The notes under the pieces were generated by a model. It did not search any database. It saw only the letters and a program-made list of their open reading frames with translations, and was not told the origin of the DNA. Positions 13,116-24,341 of a DNA stretch of 35,387 bases are shown here, piece after piece (within the stretch, counting starts at the first letter, position 1; each line of letters opens with the position of its first letter). Made by a program: the position numbers and the translations under genes. The stretch is taken from positions 1-35,387 of the forward strand of contig JABANN010000362.1 in NCBI GenBank assembly GCA_013115125.1, given 5' to 3'. This DNA comes from Perkinsus olseni (lineage: Eukaryota).

Positions 13116-14927
13116 ATGGGCGCGGGTTCGATCCTATCACCTCTCGTTTTTATCGGCGTTTCTTTTCTATTGATCAACGGATTAGTTATGGTACGTTATC
13201 ATCGTTTATCATCATCAGCTGGAGGAGGGGGTAGTGTAACAGCCGCAGTAGCAGGAGTAGGGTCATCGTCATCATCAATATCATCATCAGGAGTATCTAG
13301 CAGAGGCCAACAACAACAACAACGTAGTGGTAATATTCACAGACGATGGCAGATGACAGTAATGGTGACAGTCATACTCAGGCGGCTTAGATCATCATGA
13401 AGACCCTCTCCCCACTACTACTGATACTCGTCTATTAGCCTGGGAGGCGGCATTCGCGTTGGACTTTGGGCATAACTGGGAGAATGCTTATCTAAGTACA
13501 GCAACAGTACAAGGTCATCATCATCATGATACATCATCGTCAATACAGGATGAAGTAATAGTCTCATCATCCAACAACCACTGTTATCACTACTCATGGG
13601 CACTTAGGCCAGAGTTGCTTGGATAACACAATTGATGGGTATTCATCATCATCATGCTCGACCATCAACCTCTGCCAAGGCCACCCCCATCAACACGCAT
13701 ATCGAGGATTTACAGGTTATCATCGTTAGCTACTACTAATGGTTATGTTGACCGATCCTTTTCAGTCCATTATGAGTAATAATTTCCAGGCTTTTTCGGC
13801 CTTGGTACGTAGTTCAATACCGAATAATAATCATCTTTACACCGATGGGTATGATACCAATCATCACGATACTCATCATACGACGACGACAACAACAGCA
13901 GCAGTACAGTTGAAGGTGATGCCATAATAATAACCTTTATCATTTCTGTAGCTTGTCAGAGAACCAGATCAGAATCATCATCAAGTCAGAGTGCAAAGAG
14001 GAGGGCTACTAATAACAATGGAGGTAGTTCCAATACTCATAATAAACACCCTAGCACGGTGCCTCAGTAGCTACTACTATCAACGACAACAATGATACAC
14101 AGTCTATTCATCATGACCCGTGTATCACTGCTGCTGGACCTGTACTGCATGTTACTGGTGGTATGTTCTTACCAATCCTACACCAACCTGCTGTGAACAG
14201 TACAGCTCATAGAAGATCATCATCATCAACCCGCATAAGGTGAGAATAACCACCCACTTGCAATAGTAATAACGATTATCGTCCCCACCATGTCTTTAGA
14301 TCAACGCTCGATACTATTATGGGCCAATCAAACCGCGGTCATACTGCTGATGCTGCTCTTGATTATGACGATGATGATGATGACATCGAGTTCGTTATTG
14401 GTAGAAGTACTAAGGATCTTATCACAGCAGCAGGGAGTCCCTCATCTATGGATGATGTAGTACCATACCAATACTTCCTTCATAATGTTGATGCTCAGAA
14501 GGGCAGCGCCAGATCTACCCATCATCAACTACCATCACTCAATCTAGCTAACCTACCAGGCTCACAAGCAGTGTCTCGGAGGCATGCTGTTATACGAAGG
14601 GTAGCTAACGACAAGCTTCACACACTACCATCAGGACCAAGGTCACAACAATATCATCATCAACAACACTCCTCTAGACGTCATAAGGGGGTACAAGAGG
14701 ATGCCTACTCAAGTGACTGGATACTCATCAACAACTCACTCAATGGTAGTAGTAGTACTGCTATTATCATCATACTCAAGGTTATTACCCTGGCAGGAAC
14801 AGAGGTTGATTCGAAGATACTAAGGTCAGTAGGGGAATCAGCACCATTGTACCATGGTAGCAGCATACGTATAGGAAGACAAACATTTGCTTTTTATAAT
14901 TATTCTTCGCCACATCTACAACAATAA
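13116..14927 (+). CDS. FHA-domain protein with N-terminal hydrophobic segment and low-complexity linker
   Basis: N-terminus MGAGSILSPLVFIGVSFLLINGLVMV; C-terminal FHA signatures FVIGR..VSRRHAVI..WILINNSLNG/TEVD..LYHGSSIRIG; intervening exons (LLAWEAAFALDFGHNWENAYL) open on the same strand. Single-gene linkage inferred. Confidence 0.65.
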
Positions 14928-15053
14928 CAGCATCATCATCCTCACTACTAGCGTTATTATCATTTCATATTCTCTTCAACAGCGTCCTCAGCAGTACATT
15001 GTGTTATTGTACTAGCATATTATCAGTACACCACTGGCAGTGATATTGAGAAC

Positions 15054-16783
15054 ATGTCCGATAGTCGTCACCATCACCACCACGTGGATGAGGCAACCTT
15101 CATGGTCGAAGCTAATGAACAGCATCATCATCTGCATAGGGAATCATCACTCATAATAAGCAAATTATCAGCATCTGAGAAACTACTTGAGAAGTTGGCC
15201 CAGTAATAACACCATACACTGCTATATCTCGACTTTCTCTCGACTCCCTCTCGGTCAGGTTCGATAGTAAAGTGAAACGTTTCAAGCATGGTGGTCATGA
15301 TGGTGATGATGGTCAGGAAAGTGGCCATCTTAATGAGAGACCGTCAGATGGAGTTGATGATCATGATTCGACAGAGGTGATGGTGGCTCTCTTAGGAGGC
15401 CGTACTAGCGTTGATGATGATGATGATGATGATCAGGAAGTAACAGACTCTACGGTTGTGTGTCTTCTTCCCGTTGGTGCGGTGCCACCAAGTGGTGATC
15501 AGATCTTGAAGCATTTACATCTTCCTGGGTGTATTATAGATATGGTAGCTTTGGAGGCCATACTCAATGCGAGGAACATCAGAGTCGTCGATGACCTTGG
15601 TTATACAGGTCATACCACAACACTACCACATCTACGACTATCTACGACTCATGATACTTAGATATTAAACATTTGTATACAGCTTTACTCGATGAAGTAG
15701 GAATTCGAACTACTCGTGTGGATGATGGTGCTGGGGCCTTGCTAGATCTGAGGAAGCTATTCAAGGTAGTACACAAGATGATGATGGTTGGCCACTAGAA
15801 TGCATCACCTACTTGTAGGTCAATGATGCTAACGGAGAGAGTACCTTGGAGGACAAAACCGATGATGATATCCGGTCAAGGTTCACAACTGATGAGAATC
15901 TTGTAGCCAATACACAAGGATTATACTCTATTAACGATGATGAGAGGATAATTAGAGGCCTTGCTGGGGAGGATATTATGAGTAATGATGAAGGGAAGAT
16001 TGATTCGGGAATGGTGAATGCAAGAGATAGGAAAAGTAGTACAACTTGGACGCCAGTGGTTATTACTATCAACACTCAGAGTCCAAGATCACTGCCTTGA
16101 ATGCTCTCCGCGTGGCGTACCTTCAACGGGGTAAGGAGATCAACAATCATGCTATAATAGAAGGAATCATCAAGTTACTGATGTTGGACAGTGACACGGC
16201 TGTTACCCTGAGTGTAGTCCTACTACCGGTACACTCGAACACATCATTATTCATCACAGGCGTTAAGTGCATTGGAGGGATTGTCGAAAGAACACGAAGA
16301 TGCGGTATCACAAGGGGTTGCAGCATATCTATCACGTCCCGCCATGACTTCAAGAGATGCTACCAGCAATGAGCTCAGAGCAGTTGTAGCAAGCCTTATG
16401 AAGGTTCACTTGAAGGCGGTACTGGAAGGATGCTATCAGTCGACTGATGCCAGAAGGAATGCTGCTGCAAAAAAGAAGAAGACTACAAAGTGGATACCGT
16501 ATCAACTTGTCACCGCTCATCTCAATCCTACCACAACGCCCTCTGAGGTATTAGTATTAGGAGAAGTTAGGGTAAGAATACTGGTATCGGTTTTTAGTTA
16601 TTGGACATCGGTAAAGCGTTACTAAGAGTTGATGAGACCTTCGATGAGGGTACCATAACTAAATTACGAGTGAGAAGAATGGTACTGTCAACCGCTGCGG
16701 TTGTTGGACCGTGAATGCATCAGGAACTGGCCGAGGAGGAGCTCACTCGCCTTGGAGTGTCCGATGTCTCTCATGGCGCTTGA
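15054..16783 (+). CDS. Hypothetical multi-exon, largely helical protein
   Basis: ATG 15054 (MSDSRHHHHHVDEATF..), successive open exons with GT-AG introns, ending ..EEELTRLGVSDVSHGA* at 16783; no family recognised. Confidence 0.6.
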
Positions 16784-16967
16784 TGCGATGAAGACCCCTC
16801 ACTGGTGGGAGTAGCATGATGCAAATTAGATTCGGTTTCCAACTTACATTTGTATTGAGTATACTTGCACTCACCTCCACTGTAGTTTAGCTCGGTTACC
16901 GTACTGGTATATACATCAACATCTTTCAACACAACAACCATCAACCGACCATCAACAATCAGTGAAC

Positions 16968-17956
16968 TTATACACACTTTAGATTGAGTATACCCGCACT
17001 TCTCGAGTGTACCTCCTTAATCTTGGTATGTTCCACTAGCGAACGAAGGTTATGCTCCCTTACACCACCTGATGGCAAAGATACCACGACCTCCGTACTA
17101 ACTCTACACACCTGCCATTATTATACTAATATCAATATTCTTCTCTGTGACATGTTGCTGGATATCTCGTAATACCTAAAGGTTGATATCATCTTCATTA
17201 TTGTCCAGTGTCTGATAATACATCCCTCCCTTCTTCAGCAGTTGAGTGGAGCCCGGAGGTAAGGACTCGTCGAACACCACAATGATGCAGTTGGTCAATA
17301 ACTCGCATGGCTGCTGCTGCTGCTGCTGCTGCTGCAGTACTACTCTGATAATGATAGGACTTCACACCCACTACCACACATCAGTACCCTCTTACTGTGG
17401 TATCAGCATCAGCATCAGCATCAGCATCAGCATCAGCATCAGCCGTTATACAGTCGATAGCCTTATGGAAGGTAACAGGCCATGGTGCTGCACATTCTAC
17501 GACCTTCGATACGGCATTGACGTCAGGAGAGGTGTTATCTTTTGATAGAGCTCCGAACTGAATAGAGATGGTTGATACTTGTGATGCCAACTAACTTCCT
17601 ACCACAACACCATCAAGTGATAGATGCTTCTTCCATGAACGTAATGTATTAAGCATGCTATCTATCTCGACTGAGGAATATATGAAATCCCCACCACGGC
17701 ATCTCAGCATCACTACGACCTCCACATTGTATTCAGAACATATCTTGATAGTATCTTTGATTAGCTCATCAGATGGGCTCAACCTGATTAGTGTTGCGTA
17801 TGGTCAGAACAGGAAGGCTTATTACCCATCAAACTCCATCTCTGAGCACAACTCAATTCTATCTGCTCCATTACTGCATGCAACCTGTACTTCCGATAAA
17901 CTGCTACAACATATCTCATAGGTTTCCACCAAGGGAGTCGCGAGTAATGATGACAT
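16968..17956 (-). CDS. CUTC: Copper homeostasis protein CutC (TIM barrel)
   Basis: YEICCSS..GADRIELCSEMEFDGLSPS; VVMLRCRGGDFIYS..EI..M; DGVVVGAL; PVTFHKAID; GVRRVLTSG; IMAGGGVR..N..EVHS. Confidence 0.93.
17402..17443. repeat. (ATCAGC)7 hexanucleotide repeat encoding (Ala-Asp)n in CutC
   Basis: Seven perfect copies; minus-strand frame reads TADADADADADADT directly after FHKAIDC. Confidence 0.9.
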
Positions 17957-18307
17957 TGCGAGTGCCGACTGAATGTTGAATCCGCTTTAAAAACAACTCG
18001 GCACTGGAAGGCACTTGAACCGCTAGCTTCGTGTCGCCCGTAGAGACGTTATTTTGTGCAGCAATGTGTGATGCATGTGTTTCCCCATGATGTTACTATA
18101 AGACCAACGCAAATCCCATACTATAGAGAGGAGACCTTCCTGATACACTGCTGATGGGAAAAACCTCTTCAAGATCTCTCAATGATAAGATGCGGCACGA
18201 GGTGAAGATGTTCACAACGATGCCATGAAGTGGTGGTGACCTTGGCAAGGTCAACGACATGAACCATGAAAAAGTGAGAAGAGCGGTGGTCGTCGTCGTC
18301 ATCGGAC

Positions 18308-21300
18308 TCAGCAAGTCTCTAATGATAGTAAAAAGTCTCGTAGCCTATCGCAAGCATCATTGATATCCTCTACCGATGTAGCGTATCTACCAATACATAA
18401 TCATCATCAATGATGATGATTATTATTATTACGATAGTCTAACCACGGGTTGTGTGGTGTAGAAACCTTCACCGGGTACAATAGATAAGCCTTGTGATGA
18501 GAGGAGTTGTTCGCCTGAGACACACCAGTAACAGCAATATTATGGCAATAGCAGTATTACAAAGTTGAGAAACTGCGAGTGTATCATCTCCCTTCAACTC
18601 TCTCATCTTGTTAACATAATAACCGAGATCGGGCATAGCATAGAACGCTCCTTTTGGAGGTTCTCTTGGGCAGACTACGTTTGGTATAGCCTGGAGACGA
18701 GCGAAAAGTAAATCCCTTTTATGTTGGAGTTGAGCCAGCTTCTTCTGATGCCATGATGATGGTACATCACGCAGGGCAGCCAAGCCCCCTGCTTGGGATG
18801 CCGTGCCTGATGATGATGATGATGATAGGGGGTGGCTGACTATGGTTATCATTATTCGATAGTATTATGATGATACTACATGCACAGCCAGTTATCTGAC
18901 CTAATATCTTCCCCATACCCTTTATCCATTTATCATCACTGCATACAGCATAACCCAGTCGTAAGCCAGTCATAGCGAATGCTTTAGAGAACCCTCCAAT
19001 GGTACTGACATAATATCGATAACGAATGATATCAGCAGCAGCAGCGGTGGTGGTGATGGTATTATTACATTATTCGACTCCTCACTGTTGGATTACATAT
19101 ACCTGCTAGAGTATAATGAACATCACCATCATAGACTAATCTTTCGTAACTAACTTAGGATCATAACAAGAGGGGGGGGGGGTTTCATTATTACAGATCA
19201 TCACATACCACCATGATATGGGTATGTTCCTCGAGGAGTGCCCCTATACGTATTAACCTTACACATTAGCGACATTAGCAACCCTACCAATACTAGTGAT
19301 TATTCTTACTCATCCTTCGGTATAACATGACCAGTTGGATTACATGGTGAGTTTAATAACAATACTCTAGTCTTGGGTGTGATAACCTAATGGGTGTTGG
19401 TATTAGGTGTACTCATGATACTGATGAGTATTACTGATGCTATGCTATGAGCTGTGATAGCATAGTCCGGTGAGGATGTATGAATGAAGACTGGAGTGGC
19501 GTTACACATGAGGGCCAAGTCAGGGAATGTAGGCCAACAAGGGGTTGGTATTATCATCTAAATGATACTATCACTATGACGATGATGACGATGATGGAAA
19601 TGTGGCAATGTACCTCATCTCCCGTATTAAGAATAGTCATAAGGGCAGCAGCTATGGCAGCCTTCCCACTGGCAGTGATGATGACATTACTACCATTAAT
19701 GCATTGGATATTCTTCCGCGTACCAAGATCATCAGCCACAGCTTCCCCTACATGTAATAGCGGCTACCATGATGATAATGATGATAACGAATATTATTAC
19801 TAAGTTCGAATATGCCGTTGGATGGTGAATATTTACACCCGAATCCTGATGTTAATGACGATACTATCGCTGATATAACCTTAAACATGAATAGGACATG
19901 AATCGTCGTCATGCTTCTTTGTTGTGGTTGTTGTTACCTGTGTTGGTGGTGAGAAGTCTGGTTCCCCTACCCCCAATGCACCTTGTATATCCTTACCCTG
20001 CCTCTTCAATTCTAATGCTTGTCCATGTAACCTAACGGTAGTACTTGATGGTACTCTGTTACATAAATCTGATAGACTAGTAGTATCTCCAGGGGTAGTC
20101 TGAAGACTGTGATTAACATGAGCGACGGTGGTGATGATGATGCATTACCCGTTCTTGTAACATATCTTTAACGGATTGTAGACTATTGTTGAAGGCTATG
20201 AGTTGTCGCCCAGAAGCTTTATTATATCGATATAGGCCTTTGAATAAGGCATCACTGAGTGCAATTGCAAGAGGACTAGTAGCAATACTGGACGATGATG
20301 ATGATGATGATGATGATGATGATCATTACCTATCATTGATAGTATTATGCATAAGCTTGATAAGGCTTCTGAAGCCTAATGTATCGATATTAGTAGTATG
20401 GAGTCTGGGTGTGATACCACCAAGTACCCTTCCAGTTAGATGTGTAATGAACTGTGTTGCAGCAGATATCTTATCATGTTCCGCAGTTGACATACTAACA
20501 AGTCTACATCCACATCGCTCGAATAGACTCAACCACCAACTTCTACTATCATCATCATCATCATCATCACCATGCGATGTTGGTGATGATGTGCTACCAT
20601 TACCATCATCATCATCATATACCAAGGGTAAGTTATACCAACCATATTTACCGCTATCGGGTCCAAACATCGGGTGTGTGCATAGGATACTCACGTTGGG
20701 ATAATCTTGGAACGCCTCTCTCATTATCTAAGGCAATCGTTATTGAGTGGCCATAATGATGATGATGATGATGATCCAGCTGGTGTGGAGTAGTACTACA
20801 GGAGTACTACCTGTTGTGGGTATTCCTTTACACTGCATACATCCACTAACAGGATATCCTTCCTCTTACCCCTCCCTCTTTCGGACTTCATGATTGCTGA
20901 TAGTTTATTGACAACTTCTGCAAATGATAATACTGAAGTTGCAATAACAATAATATCTGGCTTCTCATTATCCAGCATATCCTTCATATCTGGATAGTAT
21001 CTAAGGAGGACAATGCAGCATTGATCAGGAGTTATTATTATCATTACCTAATACCAAGAGTAGCAGCATGGTGAGCGCATCCAGTATCATCCTCCTTCCT
21101 GTTAGTAGCACTAAAATTGACGCTACCACCACCACCACCAGTACCACATAATCTTGTCAAGCGCTCACATAGGAATTGTGCAAACTTGCCGTATCTTAAT
21201 ATAGTGAGATGACGATATTATAATCACTGATAATAATAACGAATGATGATGATGTACCCTATGAAAGACACAGATCTCCTCTTCCCCTGATGTGGTGGTG

Positions 21301-22780
21301 GAGTGGTATGAGAAGTCTCAGGTAGGTTAGTAGGTGATCGAGTAGATGGTGATATTGTGTGGTGATAAGATGATGAGGAGGGATACACGGACAATACCTG
21401 ATATTGATGATGAGAGCACCGAAGATGATGATACGTATGATGAAACACCCACTCTAACAAAAGGGTTGAACTCCTTTAAGGTCTCTATTGCCCTGTCGAC
21501 CGCTTTATCCTGACCCGGCATCTTCAATACATCGATGTAGCATAGGTAATGATAATATCCCCCTGCCATATTCCCATGCTGTTGTGGATTGGAGTATGCT
21601 TCACCATCATCACTAGTATTATCAACTAACGATGTTTCCAGACTACCGAGAAGAAGAGGACATCAATAGTATGATGATTATGATGATGATGATGACATGC
21701 GTGTGGTACTACTTTGTCGTTTCGTCCAACATATCAGGCGGCACTGGTCTTGATTCCAATTTACATAACTGCAAGCCTCTGTGACTAAAAGCTGATAACG
21801 ATCTGTGTAGGCTACCGGGCCTGCACAACAACAACATGACTATGATGATGATTGGTATCATCCCCTTACGTATCATGGACTCTGAAGACCAAACTAACTT
21901 TAGTAGGTATAGGAGTGTTGTGCAGGGCTACGTATGGGGATGGGGCGCGGCCCAGTAATAAGAATCTTACAACAACAAAAAGAAGAAGAGTAGCAGTGAT
22001 GGCGGTATGATGATTACCTTGTATGATTAAAGCTAACATCCTGTATATCAGTATCAGCAACATGTAAGTTATAGATATCAGCCGCTAATCTGCTACTTAT
22101 AGCAGCACCAGCACCAGCAGCAGCAGCCTGTCTTGGTGTTGTTGTTGTTGTTGTTGTTGATAGCATTTTAGCTGCCCCTGCTGTATCAGAGTGTAACATT
22201 GGTTTAATATTATGTTTACGTAAATAGTGCGCACATTGTGCTAATGCTTGTGGATGGGAATATGCTACTTCAATGTCGTCTGGACTGAGCACCTTATCTT
22301 TAGTTAATAGACAATGTTTAACAGGGTAATCTAACTCCCCACGTATATACACACTACCACTGTAGCGTAGCAGTAAGTCTGAATAACAACACCATGCCTT
22401 CTTGTTATTGGTGATGATGATTATGATTATTACCATAATTAGCATGTATAGTTCCACCAAGAGTGTTCTCAATAGGTATCATGCCTAGATCCGCATGACC
22501 TGTCTTTGATGATGCTACAGCTTCGAATACATCCTCAAATGCTTCATAACCAACAGCCTGTATTCTATCTCTATCCACTTTAGGATAATGTATATTACTA
22601 CTATTACATAAATACTCGTATCTACTTAAGAGTGTAGCCCTCCTCCTCAGCCTCCTCCTGATGTTGATGTTGTTATTATTACATAGCAGCCTCGCTGTAT
22701 GCTCCCCTCTGTCCTTGGAATGCTACACGTAGTAGTGATGATGAGTTAGTGTCGGTGATAGGCTCATCATGAGTAGACAT
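18308..22780 (-). CDS. Trifunctional fusion: prephenate/arogenate dehydratase + ACT, TyrA (arogenate/prephenate) dehydrogenase, class Ib PLP aspartate/prephenate aminotransferase
   Basis: Dehydratase: VAFQGQRGAYSEAA, PIENTLGGTI, SHPQALAQC, DTAGAA, NHTRF, PGSL..LESRP, VRVLSVYP. TyrA: IGYGKFAQFL, LLVDVCSVKEYP, CTHPMFGPDSG, EHDKISAATQFITH, NDSDALFKGLYRYN. Aminotransferase: GVGEPDF, SGKAAI, LNSPCNPTG, GFSKAFAMTGLRLGY, PKGAFY, VPGEGF..VRLSYA; stop at 18308-18310. Confidence 0.9.
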
Positions 22781-22949
22781 GATGATAAGGATAATAATGA
22801 AAACTGTAAGAGCATTCGTTAACAGCAAGAGCACCATCATAACCATCACCATCAGTCCATGTTTCTAACACTGATACATGAGTATGCATAATGGTGGTAA
22901 GGTATTAACATCATTATCATGGTGGTGGTGGTGATGACGGTGGTATCAT

Positions 22950-24205
22950 CCCTCATCTCCATTAGGTTTTGCTAACCTCATAGCGGTCTAGAGTATAACG
23001 AGTACTCATGTTCTTCTTGTTAAGTGGGTACTACATTATATAATCCATTATCATGTGCTGCATCAACTGATGCTGCCCTTACTGCTGCCTTCCAGTCTAT
23101 GTGACACCATACACCACTACTACCCTTCTTGTCATCAACATCATCATCATCATCATCATCATGCTAACATGATAATAATAATAATAATACTCATCGCAGT
23201 ACATTGTTATAACTATTCCTACTGCTGCTGCTGCTGCTGTTCTTTGCCAATGTAATGAGCCTGCTGGTAATGGTAGACGGAAATCCACAGGAGCTGCTGC
23301 TTTGGTGGTGTCCATTGACTGTATGACGAAGGAAGAGGCATCCTCTTCTTTAGTATCATCCCCTTCCCGATTTACATCACCATCGTCGACCATATTCTCA
23401 TCAATTTCCTGAAATACCCTATCCCAAGGCGGCGTGATGATTCTGATTATCATTATTGCTATACTACATTATCATCACATTGTTCTTCATTACTGTTGGA
23501 GGCCTCAGCGGCAGCAGTGATAAGCTGCAATTCAGCCATTCTCCTATGCTCATGTGTATTCATTAATATATTCTTAACAACATGCACCACCCCTGCTGTT
23601 ATCTCATTAGGCATATACCCAATATTAATCAGGATACGTTCATACCTGCTCATCCACCACCACCATCAGCAGCAGTAACAGGAGTAGTGGTTGTTGTGGT
23701 ATTGATGTTGTTACGCATTTCTAATCTCTCTTTCCCTCTTCAACATCTCCCTCCATTTAGCGTTGGTCTTCATCAATTCATTCTTAAGTTTGATAACTTC
23801 TTCCTCATCATTATCATTACTCCTTCTCTGCCCTTGACGATGCTTATCATGATGATCATGGGTCACTACCGCATTGGTAGCTGTTATCTGCCATTCCAGC
23901 CGATCCCTGATCAACATCATCATCAAACAACAAGGATGGGTATAGTGTGGTAGCGACGATTACTACCCTCTGATAAGGTCCAACTCCTTCGTTTTATCTT
24001 CTATTACCGAGTGTAAGTCCCTAATCTTACCATTAGCATGATCCAAGTCATGTTTACATTCATCGAGTTGATGTTGTAAATTGTGTATACGCTCAGTAGC
24101 CAACGTACCACCACTGTTCTCATGTGATAATAATGACGATGATGATGATACTCTTCGACTATTAACTTTACTATCGTATGATGATGATGATAGACACCCA
24201 CCCAT
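22950..24205 (-). CDS. Coiled-coil protein with N-terminal MGGCLS myristoylation/palmitoylation-like motif; 3' end uncertain
   Basis: ATG 24205 MGGCLSSSS; heptad-like ERIHNLQHQLDECKHDLDHANGKIRDLHSVIEDKTKELD and EVIKLKNELMKTNAKWREMLKRE; several GT-AG introns. Confidence 0.55.
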
Positions 24206-24341
24206 CCGAAGGGAGTTCACACATCCAACGATTATGCTCTTTCAGAAACCGTCTAGGGTAAAAACAACACAAAATCGGAATATAATCAACAGCGCACCAA
24301 CGTCCGCAGCGGTGGGTCCACATCGTATCATACTCATCCTT

